This document shows positions 41,490 through 50,325 of a stretch of 54,877 nucleotides of DNA, piece after piece. The position numbers and the translations under genes were made by a program. The DNA comes from Mycobacterium phage phiGD24-3. The notes under the pieces were generated by a model. The model ran no database searches and had not been told where the DNA came from. It was given only the letters and a program-made list of their open reading frames with translations. Where the stretch lies: sequence record MW314854.1, one strand, 5' to 3'. The first letter of the stretch is position 1; each line of letters opens with the position of its first letter.

Positions 41490-41713
41490 GAGTCCATGGT
41501 CTCCAAGACCTGCCGGGTACGTGGGTCGATCACCACAACCATCCCCTGCCCCACCCGGAAGCCGGCAGCCGCCAGGATGTCGGCCTGATGAGGTCTAACA
41601 GTAATCGTCATCTCTGGCCCCCCAAGGGCATCGTAGATATCCTCTACCGACTGTGAATCGTTGTAGGTGATGGCCACAACAGCATCTGTACGTCGGGGGT
41701 AGTAAACACTCAT
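41450..41713 (-). CDS. hypothetical protein
   Basis: ORF. Confidence 0.45.
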   Translation of the reverse strand: MSVYYPRRTDAVVAITYNDSQSVEDIYDALGGPEMTITVRPHQADILAAAGFRVGQGMVVVIDPRTRQVLETMDSWDFAEKYSKDGL

Positions 41714-42345
41714 TTCAACCTGTCTTTCAATGCTTCTCGTCCTTCTCTGAGAACGAAGTCGTTAACGTCCGAGCCTTTTGGCATCGGAACAATCCGTGCG
41801 TTCGGTAGATCCGACGCAACGGTGTTGGCGAACTGCATACCGGCGTCATCCCCGTCCGCGAGGATGTACACCGTCTGATACCCGAGGAACGGTTCTCGGA
41901 AATACCGTTGCCACGAAGTGGCACCCGGAACCCCAACCGCTCGGGTACCGCACGACTCGGCGGCGATAGCGTCTAGCTCGCCTTCGGTAATCGCCACCTT
42001 CTCCGCGCCCTTCCACAACGACAACGTGTTGTACAACCGTGGCCGATCCCCCGCGACCGTCATGTACTTACCGTGACCGTGATGTTCGTGTTCTTCGATA
42101 CACCGGAACCGGATAGACGCTACGCCCCACCCGAACTCGTACGATTTACGCAGATACGGAAGGGCCAACATCCCCCGGTACATTTCATGTCCCGCCAAAG
42201 GGTCGTCTACGTACCCGAGTCGGAAGTATGCTTTGTCTTCCGGTTCGTCCACTATCGCCGGTACTGTTAGACCCCGACTCGCCAAATACTCTTCGGCTGG
42301 ACTGCCCTTGAACGACCGGTGGTACTTCTCCGTCGCCTCCCTCAA
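41710..42345 (-). CDS. DNA primase, TOPRIM domain part
   Basis: 'ITEGELDAI' (EGxxD) and 'ILADGDDAG' (DxD). Confidence 0.75.
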   Translation of the reverse strand: MREATEKYHRSFKGSPAEEYLASRGLTVPAIVDEPEDKAYFRLGYVDDPLAGHEMYRGMLALPYLRKSYEFGWGVASIRFRCIEEHEHHGHGKYMTVAGDRPRLYNTLSLWKGAEKVAITEGELDAIAAESCGTRAVGVPGATSWQRYFREPFLGYQTVYILADGDDAGMQFANTVASDLPNARIVPMPKGSDVNDFVLREGREALKDRLK

Positions 42346-42694
42346 GAATTTCTTGGATTCGGCGCTTTGCCTCTGAATAGTTCACCCCCTCACGGGCTTT
42401 CACAATGGCTATCGCATCGCCCTTGGTCCCGCACGCCAGGCAAGAAAACGCGTCGTACCCGTAGTGGACCGCACCCGAAGGGGTTTCGTCCCCGTGGAAC
42501 GGGCACAGACAACGACGCCAACCGGGTCCGGGGTTAGGCGGTGACCAATCCGGGTAGTAGTACAAGATGACTGCGGTTATGGCCAACGATCTAGGACCCT
42601 TCGACCGGGTGGATTTAACAAGTAGTCCTTTATCCGCTCTGCTGTCTGCACGTCGTCGCGGATGTGCCCAAGAAGTTTGTTGCACGTCGAACAC
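42185..42694 (-). CDS. DNA primase, CHC2 zinc-finger part (start uncertain)
   Basis: 'CPFHGDETPS...CLACGTKGD'. Confidence 0.65.
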   Translation of the reverse strand: MFDVQQTSWAHPRRRADSRADKGLLVKSTRSKGPRSLAITAVILYYYPDWSPPNPGPGWRRCLCPFHGDETPSGAVHYGYDAFSCLACGTKGDAIAIVKAREGVNYSEAKRRIQEILEGGDGEVPPVVQGQSSRRVFGESGSNSTGDSGRTGRQSILPTRVRRRPFGGT

Positions 42695-43020
42695 AACAGC
42701 GATCTAACGCATTTCCCGCAGCTGACCGGGCCGTTGCAACACGAGTGATCGTGGTCTACGGACAACCTGCGCGAGGCCCCGGTGGCTCTCTGGCAGATAG
42801 CACACTTGCGACCTTGGGCCTCGTACACCGCCCAATATTGCTCCGGTGACAGTGAATACGTCTTCATCAACCGGGATTCCCAAGCGGTAGAACGGGTCTT
42901 GGCCCGCCTAGCCCGGTGGTGCGAAGCACAACGCGGCCCCGGATTGGGTGCCGGTCGTTTGGTCGTGATGCCTTCGGCCCGACAGTCGACGCAGACGCGG
43001 GGTTTAGCCATCGCACTCAC
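42577..43020 (-). CDS. endonuclease VII (Holliday-junction resolvase)
   Basis: 'CAICQR...VDHDHSCC...C.KCVRSLLCSTCN' motif. Confidence 0.8.
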   Translation of the reverse strand: MSAMAKPRVCVDCRAEGITTKRPAPNPGPRCASHHRARRAKTRSTAWESRLMKTYSLSPEQYWAVYEAQGRKCAICQRATGASRRLSVDHDHSCCNGPVSCGKCVRSLLCSTCNKLLGHIRDDVQTAERIKDYLLNPPGRRVLDRWP

Positions 43021-43228
43021 ACAACAGATTCCACACTTTGTCAGGGCTTCCCAGTTCTTTGTCAGGGCTTCCCAGTTCTTTGTCAGGGCTTCCCAGTTCT
43101 AGGATGACCCGACACCCTTTGTTACGGCAGTGCATTTCTGGTCTGTGCCCGCACCGTTCACATTTCGTGCACGTACAACCCTTAGCGGCGCATCCGTGGG
43201 GTTTGGACGGTCGGTCAGTCAATAGCAC
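43004..43228 (-). CDS. small Cys-rich protein with three tandem ELGSPDK repeats
   Basis: ORF spans the 3x21-bp repeat. Confidence 0.35.
   Translation of the reverse strand: MLLTDRPSKPHGCAAKGCTCTKCERCGHRPEMHCRNKGCRVILELGSPDKELGSPDKELGSPDKVWNLLCECDG
43036..43098. repeat. three perfect tandem copies of 21-bp CTTTGTCAGGGCTTCCCAGTT
   Basis: read directly. Confidence 0.95.
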
Positions 43229-43293
43229 CCACCCCGCAGATCACCAGCACCGCTAGCAGGTACCCACCGGCAACCGTTGCGGCTAAACCGATG

Positions 43294-44427
43294 TCAGCCC
43301 ACATCTGGGAATACCTCGGTATAGGGGCCACCACTCCGAAGCAGCCTCGGGACGACCAGCTTTAAGTCCCTGCCTCGCGTGCCGTTATCGGTACGCCACT
43401 CGCCGTTGAACCAGAATCGCCAACCATTCTGGCCCCTCCATACCGTGCCGTCTCGGGCCTCTTCACAATTCAGGCTCGGAAGTACACGGGGTGTGCGAGA
43501 GGGCTTGTCGCCTCGGTGCCTCTGTATCGGGTCGATGAGATCCAGCCGGTCTGCCGGTTCCTGTTGTGGCTCCAGGTAGTCGTCCCTACGGGATACCCGT
43601 CCAGCGGCAATATCGTCCAGACCGCGCGCCAGAGACTCGCCCGGTTCCTGTTGTGTCCGCCGAACGAACTCCATCGGGTCCGTCTCAAGAAGCTCCACGT
43701 CGTCAGGGCGTAGAGCGTCCTCAACGGTGCCACGTACGACCTTGGGCTTAGCCCTGTCGGGTACCTGTGCGGAACGCTTCTCGGCCTTGTCGAACTCTTG
43801 GCGTAGCCAGCCCCTCGTTTCGCAGGGCGGCCCCTCTTCCGGTTCCTGTTGTGCTGTTGGGTCTGGCGTGAACGTAGGCAGTGTCCCGTCTAGGTTCACC
43901 GTGCCGTGCGGGTCGGCGTCGAACACAGACGGCTCCCGCATCAGCCGCTCAAGTCGCGGCTTATCACCTTCGTGGTATTCGTCCGGATACTCGTCCGGGT
44001 CGTCCGCTTGGCAGTGCTCCGCTAGATCCTGGTGGAAGTACTCTCGTAATTCCTCACGGGACGGTTCCCTCGGGTCGTAGGTCTCACCCCCATCGGTGGT
44101 GGGGCCAGAGCCCACGGCTTCGCCGGGGGTGAAGATGACAGGCCAAGAGTCGGCGTCACGCCCCTCTGGGACCCCCTGACCCGCCGCAAGAAGCTGACGG
44201 TACAGCCACACCCCCGGCTGCGCCGGTTCGACAAACGCGATCCACGCCCCGTCTGGTCGTCGTGCGATGGTGCCAACAGGTGGCCCCTCGGGGATGCTGT
44301 TAGCAGCAGCCAGAAAGGCGTCCAACCAACCCTCATAATCCGGTTTGTACGGGTCGTAGTGCGGGTACGGGCGGGACAGAAACCCGATAATCGCTTTCCG
44401 CTGCGCTTCAGTCGGTTCCAGCTTCAT
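43294..44427 (-). CDS. hypothetical acidic Pro/Glu-rich protein
   Basis: RBS AAGGAG. Confidence 0.6.
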   Translation of the reverse strand: MKLEPTEAQRKAIIGFLSRPYPHYDPYKPDYEGWLDAFLAAANSIPEGPPVGTIARRPDGAWIAFVEPAQPGVWLYRQLLAAGQGVPEGRDADSWPVIFTPGEAVGSGPTTDGGETYDPREPSREELREYFHQDLAEHCQADDPDEYPDEYHEGDKPRLERLMREPSVFDADPHGTVNLDGTLPTFTPDPTAQQEPEEGPPCETRGWLRQEFDKAEKRSAQVPDRAKPKVVRGTVEDALRPDDVELLETDPMEFVRRTQQEPGESLARGLDDIAAGRVSRRDDYLEPQQEPADRLDLIDPIQRHRGDKPSRTPRVLPSLNCEEARDGTVWRGQNGWRFWFNGEWRTDNGTRGRDLKLVVPRLLRSGGPYTEVFPDVG

Positions 44428-44653
44428 AACCCATCTCCTTAGCCAACTCGTCATACGAATCCGCAGCCGCGAGTAGCCACGCTGCGAGTTCACGAGCGCC
44501 CTCGCTGTCGCCTTGATACATCTCCCCGAAAACACCGTCATCTATGAATGGGCGGTGTTGGGACTTCGGTAGCAGTTTTCGGCTCATGTATTGGTATTTG
44601 GCGACATATACCCGGAAGGGTCCGTGGTCTTCCGGCCACCTATCCGTGCTCAT
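44408..44653 (-). CDS. hypothetical protein
   Basis: ORF. Confidence 0.5.
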   Translation of the reverse strand: MSTDRWPEDHGPFRVYVAKYQYMSRKLLPKSQHRPFIDDGVFGEMYQGDSEGARELAAWLLAAADSYDELAKEMGYEAGTD

Positions 44654-44735
44654 CTAGAACATCCTTTCCGCCCACCAACGGGACAGCGCACGAACACCCC
44701 TGCGGGCGATACGGTCCACTTCCACCGCCTCGGCA

Positions 44736-44749
44736 GGCCGTATGTCAAG
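44736..44749 (-). promoter_or_regulatory. stoperator site GGCCGTATGTCAAG
   Basis: exact 14-mer. Confidence 0.75.
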
Positions 44750-44888
44750 TGTCAGATCAGCAAAACGGACGCCAAACACATCGATAGACAGGTTCATGAC
44801 GGATACCACCCGTAAACCCCTCCGAAAGCACCCATGACCACACCGATGTGGTACACGACTTCGGAGTACACAATGAACGGAAGGAGTC

Positions 44889-45134
44889 TCATACGCCTAC
44901 CCGCTCGATAAACCGGTCCACATTCAGCTGAGACACGTTGCCCGCCAACGGGTTCTTGTACGCCCAACCGGTCATCTTGGTCTCGATGATCAACGGACGC
45001 TTCGGGTCCGGGCTTGCCGGGTCGACCCTCTTGTGGGTCCACGTCGTAGGCACCCGGTCGATAAGACCGAAACCGATACGCTGCCTTACCAAGCTGGGCT
45101 TAGCGAGTGCCATCGGGGTAATGGTTGCAGTCAT
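44889..45134 (-). CDS. hypothetical protein
   Basis: RBS GAGAGGAA downstream of a stoperator. Confidence 0.55.
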   Translation of the reverse strand: MTATITPMALAKPSLVRQRIGFGLIDRVPTTWTHKRVDPASPDPKRPLIIETKMTGWAYKNPLAGNVSQLNVDRFIERVGV

Positions 45135-45157
45135 GGTTATTCCTCTCGTGATATTTG

Positions 45158-45171
45158 GGCCGTATGTCAAG
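45158..45171 (-). promoter_or_regulatory. stoperator site GGCCGTATGTCAAG
   Basis: exact 14-mer. Confidence 0.75.
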
Positions 45172-45229
45172 TACGGCACGAGCGAAAGCTCGCGCCTAGT
45201 GTCGCCAGCTCGGCTGGCTAACACCGCAC

Positions 45230-46030
45230 CTACTGAAAATCCTTGATATCCATCGTTTTACCGTCGAACTGAAGGCTGACGTACGAACGTCCGGACGGGA
45301 ACCCCCTACCGGACCGGTTCTTCACCGCCGAGACGTTCAACGTATCCGGGCCGTGGTCAGACGGAATCCGGTGCAACGTCAGAATCATCTCCGGTGTACG
45401 CGAGATCTGACCTTTGATGCCCGACAACGGTATTGGCTTGTTCCCGTCGTTGTGGTCGCCTTTCACGTGGTGCAGCCCGACGACACACGCCCCGGTGTTC
45501 CGGGCCATCGAATGCAGGTAGTCGTTCAGCGACTCCAACCCGCCGAACGGGTCCTCGTCATTACCGGCGAACCCCGATATCACGTTGGTGATGTTGTCTA
45601 CCACGATGATCTGCGGGTAGTCGTCCCACAGCTCCAACGTGGAGTTGACTACGTCTTCGATGTGTTTGAGCGTAGGACTGGGGTTGAAGTCGAACAACAC
45701 CCGAGAGTCGTCTAGCGTCTGCACCGCTCGTTCTTTGTTGTCGCGGTACATCTGCGCCGACTTCTCCATCGTCCACCCGTTCAGGATCGACATAGCGCGG
45801 GTTGCCTGGGTGAATTCGTCGGAGTCAGCCGACAGGTACAACGCCGGTACCCCGGACTTCAACACCTTCGTCAGGACGAACGCCGACTTACCGATACCCG
45901 GTGCTGCACAGACCATCACATACTGACCTTGCAGGAACCGGATACCGTGTTTCTCCAACGACGTCCACACCGTGGGTAGTGGTACACCTGAGTCGTTCTT
46001 CTGGTGCAACGCCTGTCTAAGTGTTAGCAA
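45230..46030 (-). CDS. DnaB-like helicase / RecA-fold NTPase
   Basis: Walker A 'AAPGIGKS'. Confidence 0.75.
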   Translation of the reverse strand: MLTLRQALHQKNDSGVPLPTVWTSLEKHGIRFLQGQYVMVCAAPGIGKSAFVLTKVLKSGVPALYLSADSDEFTQATRAMSILNGWTMEKSAQMYRDNKERAVQTLDDSRVLFDFNPSPTLKHIEDVVNSTLELWDDYPQIIVVDNITNVISGFAGNDEDPFGGLESLNDYLHSMARNTGACVVGLHHVKGDHNDGNKPIPLSGIKGQISRTPEMILTLHRIPSDHGPDTLNVSAVKNRSGRGFPSGRSYVSLQFDGKTMDIKDFQ

Positions 46031-46153
46031 CCGGACCCCTAATACCGCACCACGGGCACAGTGGGTGGTTTCGCTGTCGGTGCATATTGTTGTGTATTAC
46101 ACCCCAATTATCCGAGCGTCTATTGACCTCGTGCATCACTCGGTCTAGGTCGG

Positions 46154-46477
46154 TCAACCCCACTCACCTCCACATCCACCAGAAGGCGCGGGTGACAACA
46201 GAATCCCGTTCCGCGTCTTGCACGCGGTGTCGATACGGAATCTGCCGAACGACGTGTACGCCGTCTGGTGCCAAAATGTCCCGTCCGGGTACTGAACGCC
46301 GTTGCACCAACCCGTCAGGTTGGAGGACGACACACCTACACCCTCGTTGGTCCCACCACCGGGGCACCAGCCCCGGATGTAGTCAGGGTGGTACGGATCG
46401 TGATATGGGTCAGCGGCAGAAGGTACGGCGAAACCCGATGACAGCACAGCGATTACAGCCGCAAGTAGGGTCTTCAT
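46154..46477 (-). CDS. secreted Cys-rich protein (signal peptide)
   Basis: 'MKTLLAAVIAVLSSGFAVPSAA' + 6 Cys. Confidence 0.65.
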   Translation of the reverse strand: MKTLLAAVIAVLSSGFAVPSAADPYHDPYHPDYIRGWCPGGGTNEGVGVSSSNLTGWCNGVQYPDGTFWHQTAYTSFGRFRIDTACKTRNGILLSPAPSGGCGGEWG

Positions 46478-46489
46478 AATATATCCTCT

Positions 46490-46828
46490 CTAACCCCAGA
46501 AGGCGGAAACCCTTTTGTACGTAATCGACCACCGATCTGTAGGCCGATCCCCACCCTTTTTTATAAAGACGTAGCAGTCTTCACCGTCTATCGTGGGGTG
46601 GACGTCTGTAGCGATCACCCGATCTAGTAGCCGCCAGGTGTCGTCCAACCGAGTCATCAACGTCACGAATCTATTGAAGTCAGACATTTCGGCCTCCGTT
46701 GGGGGCCAGCCGTCTTCAGTCAACTCTTCATACACCCGTGTGACTTTAGCCATCTGCCACGGCTCTAACGGGTACTCTTTACCGTCCCGAGTCACTGACC
46801 GGGGACCGATCTTTATTGGGCCACCCAT
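46490..46828 (-). CDS. hypothetical protein
   Basis: ATG after AGGAGG overlapping a stoperator. Confidence 0.6.
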   Translation of the reverse strand: MGGPIKIGPRSVTRDGKEYPLEPWQMAKVTRVYEELTEDGWPPTEAEMSDFNRFVTLMTRLDDTWRLLDRVIATDVHPTIDGEDCYVFIKKGGDRPTDRWSITYKRVSAFWG

Positions 46829-46838
46829 CGAACCTCCT

Positions 46839-46852
46839 GGTCGTATGTCAAG
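46839..46852 (-). promoter_or_regulatory. stoperator site GGTCGTATGTCAAG
   Basis: exact 14-mer. Confidence 0.75.
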
Positions 46853-46854
46853 CA

Positions 46855-47634
46855 CTAAGCCTGGCTGTATTGGCATGAATACGAAACATCGCAGAACCGG
46901 CACTTCGACGGCTCCGGGTCTGGCGGGAAGTTTCCCGCGTTGATGTTGTCCTGTAGTTCTACGAACTTGTCCCGCACCGTCTCTCGGGTCCAGTCGGTGA
47001 GATCGTATGGCTTGGTGGGCTTTCCAGTCTTACCCATCCAGTAGTCCCCTGTCGGCGCATACGCGCCGTGGGTCACTTCCATCGCCACCTTGTAGGCTCC
47101 GAGTTGGAAGTCATCACCAGGCTTGTTACCCGTCTTGTTGTCCCGGACGTAGATCTCATCACCGCAGAGGTTTGACATGATCAAGTCGATGAACCCACGG
47201 ATCTCGATACCGTCTAGGTCGATGTCGAACCCGAGCTCAATACCGGGCGTGCCGTCCGGCGCGATCCACACGACCTCGTCCTGGTGCTTCCCGTACCAGT
47301 CCAACATCCGGCCACACTGCTGTAGTCCGAGGTCATATCGGCGGTTGATATCGGCTTCGCCGTTATACGGTCCCGACCAGAACCACCACTCCAAGTTCGG
47401 TGTTACGTCACAGTATGTATTGACGTGGTTGTCGTACGACTCGGTGTAGACCTGTTGCATCTCTTCCAGGGTCATCGTCCGACCGGATCGCTCCCACGCC
47501 TCCCCCGCTTCGTGTACCGCAGACCCCTGCGGTAGCCACGCTGCCGGTCGCTGCCACGCCTTCTCAACCCGAGATAGGTACCACGCCATAGGACACCGCT
47601 CGTACTGTTTGTACTGGGAGACACTGAGTTTCAC
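46855..47634 (-). CDS. Cas4-family / RecB-like exonuclease
   Basis: PD-(D/E)xK-like core and C-terminal Cys cluster 'CRFCDVSYSC'. Confidence 0.75.
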   Translation of the reverse strand: MKLSVSQYKQYERCPMAWYLSRVEKAWQRPAAWLPQGSAVHEAGEAWERSGRTMTLEEMQQVYTESYDNHVNTYCDVTPNLEWWFWSGPYNGEADINRRYDLGLQQCGRMLDWYGKHQDEVVWIAPDGTPGIELGFDIDLDGIEIRGFIDLIMSNLCGDEIYVRDNKTGNKPGDDFQLGAYKVAMEVTHGAYAPTGDYWMGKTGKPTKPYDLTDWTRETVRDKFVELQDNINAGNFPPDPEPSKCRFCDVSYSCQYSQA

Positions 47635-47897
47635 TACGGCACCGCCAGTCTGTAGATTGTGTAGATCGCATGGTTGGAGGCCATGTTCTCATCGAGTGTT
47701 ACGTAGGGACCCACCTGGATGGTATGTCGGTTCTCCGCCAAGAACTCCAACACCGGTTGGTATATCTCGCTGGTCTCCGGTAGGGCAATACTACGGTTGA
47801 CCAACAAAACACGATTGCCAGACATCATCATCGTCCTGGCCACAAGCCAAGGTACGTAAGCGATTAGGAGTGTTGTGTGCGCAGCGGCTTGTAGCAC
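47634..47897 (-). CDS. hypothetical protein
   Basis: GTG-start ORF. Confidence 0.45.
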   Translation of the reverse strand: MLQAAAHTTLLIAYVPWLVARTMMMSGNRVLLVNRSIALPETSEIYQPVLEFLAENRHTIQVGPYVTLDENMASNHAIYTIYRLAVP

Positions 47898-47912
47898 GTC
47901 GGGTCCTGCTTT

Positions 47913-48416
47913 CTAGGGTTCGCGTGGCGGAAATTTCCATATCTGTTCTCCGTATTCAGTTATGTGAGTGTGTTCGTTCACGCGAATCATCAGACCCTTA
48001 TCACGCGGCTCTCTCGGCCTGTAAGCAAACCCTCCTGGCTTGCATACCCCTGGGTCAGACGGGATTTCCGGGTCGTACTCAACAACCAGGTTCTCGTCCC
48101 TAAGTTTCTTGTAGAACGACCGTAACTTGCTGCGTCGACGTTCGGTAAAACGGTCGCTGCCTTGCATCATGTGCTCGGCGTGGTCTCGCAGCAGCGCTAG
48201 TGGCTGTGCCCGGTTGAATTTCTCCGGCACCGCGAACGGAAGAGCCTCGGCCACACGCTGCCGTATGGCGGGCGTTCCGTCGTACTTCCTCCATAGGTAC
48301 GAAACTGCCTGGCGGGTGACCCCGAACATCTCCGCAATTTGGCTGTGGTTGTACCCTTCATTTTTCAGTTGTCGAATGATCCCTATGGTCAAACCGGATG
48401 CATATGTTTCGTCCAT
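47913..48416 (-). CDS. immunity repressor (L5 gp71-like, HTH)
   Basis: HTH 'SQIAEMFGVTRQAVSYLW'; 'LRDHAEHM' and 'IRVNEHTHIT' match the recalled L5 gp71 pattern. Confidence 0.85.
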   Translation of the reverse strand: MDETYASGLTIGIIRQLKNEGYNHSQIAEMFGVTRQAVSYLWRKYDGTPAIRQRVAEALPFAVPEKFNRAQPLALLRDHAEHMMQGSDRFTERRRSKLRSFYKKLRDENLVVEYDPEIPSDPGVCKPGGFAYRPREPRDKGLMIRVNEHTHITEYGEQIWKFPPREP

Positions 48417-48479
48417 CTATTCCTCCAGCTCGGTTGACAGTCAATACAGTCAAGGCTAGCTGTCAAGTGGTTGCATAGC

Positions 48480-48508
48480 AATATAGGCCCCTTTCGTCGG
48501 GCTGTGAC
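48480..48508 (-). promoter_or_regulatory. candidate repressor promoter (-35 GTCACA, 17 bp, -10 TATATT)
   Basis: hexamers read on the minus strand ~60 nt upstream of the repressor ATG. Confidence 0.4.
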
Positions 48509-48689
48509 GTATCAGGAGTCCCCGTCCTGTGACACAGATTACAACAAGTGTTCACAAAGATTTGACGCGTATGTCACTCGTTACCAAATCGTTATCTAAC
48601 ACACCTCGGTTCACCAAAGACGCCCTTGACCAGTACGTATGTCCGGGTTCTTATAGATTCATCAACTAGATAGAGTAGTTGTGCCCTAT

Positions 48690-48890
48690 CTAGAAAGTGA
48701 GAAGTGCTGTAAGATGCCCGATTCGCTCCTGGACCTGTGTCAACAACGTTTGCAAGAAGTACCGATTGTTGACGGCGATCGGTGATTGGTCCCCGTCCAA
48801 GTCTTCCAGATCGTCGTAAATCCGCGTCTCCAATTTGATAGCTTCGGGGAGCATCAAGTCTTCGTATTCCACGGGGGTCGTAATAGACAT
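48690..48890 (-). CDS. hypothetical protein
   Basis: ORF. Confidence 0.5.
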   Translation of the reverse strand: MSITTPVEYEDLMLPEAIKLETRIYDDLEDLDGDQSPIAVNNRYFLQTLLTQVQERIGHLTALLTF

Positions 48891-48916
48891 ATCAAACCTC
48901 TTTGTTTGATTAGTGA

Positions 48917-49162
48917 CTAATGGTTGTTGCCTAAAGGCACGATGATACTGTTGTAATAATCCATCTGGGCTTCATACGCATCTTGCGCTACTGAGTACTC
49001 ACAAGCCTTAGCAAAATTCCGATGGTGGGCGTCCAGATGGTCAAACCGATCTCCTGGTCCGTCGCCCTCGTACTCATACTCGGGTTCTACGGGCGGCACA
49101 GGAGCGGGGATGAACGTCGGCAGTTGTTCGTCTCCGTCGATGTACGTACCCTCTTGCCTCAT
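48917..49162 (-). CDS. hypothetical protein
   Basis: ORF with conserved upstream ACGTGATTCGGAGG. Confidence 0.5.
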   Translation of the reverse strand: MRQEGTYIDGDEQLPTFIPAPVPPVEPEYEYEGDGPGDRFDHLDAHHRNFAKACEYSVAQDAYEAQMDYYNSIIVPLGNNH

Positions 49163-49341
49163 AACCCCTCCGAATCACGTCGGATGTACTTGCGGAACAG
49201 TCCCGATGACTCGATACATCGAGAGCCCTTGCCGTCCAAGTCCGTGTACCGATAGAAGCGGCTGCCGTCGTATCCGGCTATGACAATGGCGCGCTTACCG
49301 TCCTTGCTATCCCAGACGGTCCCAACAAGATCCTTGGTCAT
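49159..49341 (-). CDS. hypothetical protein
   Basis: ORF with conserved upstream ACGTGATTCGGAGG. Confidence 0.5.
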   Translation of the reverse strand: MTKDLVGTVWDSKDGKRAIVIAGYDGSRFYRYTDLDGKGSRCIESSGLFRKYIRRDSEGL

Positions 49342-49446
49342 TCCCCGTCCTCCGAATCACGTTTGGCCCCAGAATGCTTACACCCCGGAGGCCACTCATT
49401 GATGCCGTGGCATTTACCAACACAGACACATCGATAGACAACAACA

Positions 49447-49776
49447 TCAGTCATCTCTCCACCACTTGTTCTTTCTGTTCCAATGATGATGGTCATCGTC
49501 GTCTTCGTCCTCTTCGGTCTGAACCGGTACCGGGGCGTATGTCGTTGGGGCCGTGGGCGTCACCACCTGGTGAGGATCTGCATCGCCCTTATCGCAGTTG
49601 GGTAGCTCACCCCGAGACACGTGGTACGCGTTGTCGTTGTCTATACCGCCGTGTCTTTCAACGTGTGCGGTACCCCGGTGTTCACACGTCAGGGGTATAG
49701 CGTGCGCCACTATAGGTGAGGTGATCGGGGCCAGGGCCAAGCCCAAACCTATTGCGGTCGGACGGATTAGGTTCAT
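49447..49776 (-). CDS. secreted protein (signal peptide, acidic/His-rich C-terminus)
   Basis: 'MNLIRPTAIGLGLALAPITSPIVAHA'. Confidence 0.6.
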   Translation of the reverse strand: MNLIRPTAIGLGLALAPITSPIVAHAIPLTCEHRGTAHVERHGGIDNDNAYHVSRGELPNCDKGDADPHQVVTPTAPTTYAPVPVQTEEDEDDDDHHHWNRKNKWWRDD

Positions 49777-50258
49777 ACGTAGTATTCCGAGCTGGCGAGG
49801 CGGATTCGTTGTCTAACGTAGATCCGAGACATGTTCTCCCCTGCTCGGTTCTGCGCCGCTCGCACAGCAGCCCGGAGACCACTAGCCGCAGACTCATATC
49901 GTTGCCAACCGTAGTGTGCAAGGGTGTCGAACTTGTCGTCGCCGCCGTACGGCCCCCACTCTTGGATATCCGTTGTGGGGCAACCTTCGATGTGTATCTG
50001 GTCGCTGTTCCTGTGCTCGTAAGCGCAGAATGTCCAGTCCCCCGCCGTAACTGTCAATCCGTATTCTCGGCAGTTGTCAAAGGTACCGAACTCGATGTCC
50101 ACGATTGACGAGTCGTCTTCCAGACACTCGAACACTCGGTAGGCGATAGATACCTGTGTTGATGCTAGCGCGAACACCACAGGACTCTTGTAATAGCCCT
50201 TACCCCAGTCGGTATATTGGTCCTGTACAAGCTGTTCCACAGCCTCGTAGAACTTCAT
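49773..50258 (-). CDS. hypothetical protein
   Basis: RBS GGAGG; start chosen to avoid overlap. Confidence 0.5.
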   Translation of the reverse strand: MKFYEAVEQLVQDQYTDWGKGYYKSPVVFALASTQVSIAYRVFECLEDDSSIVDIEFGTFDNCREYGLTVTAGDWTFCAYEHRNSDQIHIEGCPTTDIQEWGPYGGDDKFDTLAHYGWQRYESAASGLRAAVRAAQNRAGENMSRIYVRQRIRLASSEYYV

Positions 50259-50325
50259 CAAGCCTCCAAATACGCTGTGATAGTGAGGATTACCGGGAAG
50301 ATCAGGCACAGGTACACGATGAACG

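Noticed and set aside
43036-43098. Tandem repeat as a CRISPR array
   Set aside because: Units are directly abutting with no spacers; not CRISPR.
48430-48446. TTGACAGTCAA palindrome upstream of the repressor as a dyad operator
   Set aside because: Short (5-bp arms) and overlaps candidate -35-like hexamers; cannot distinguish from chance.
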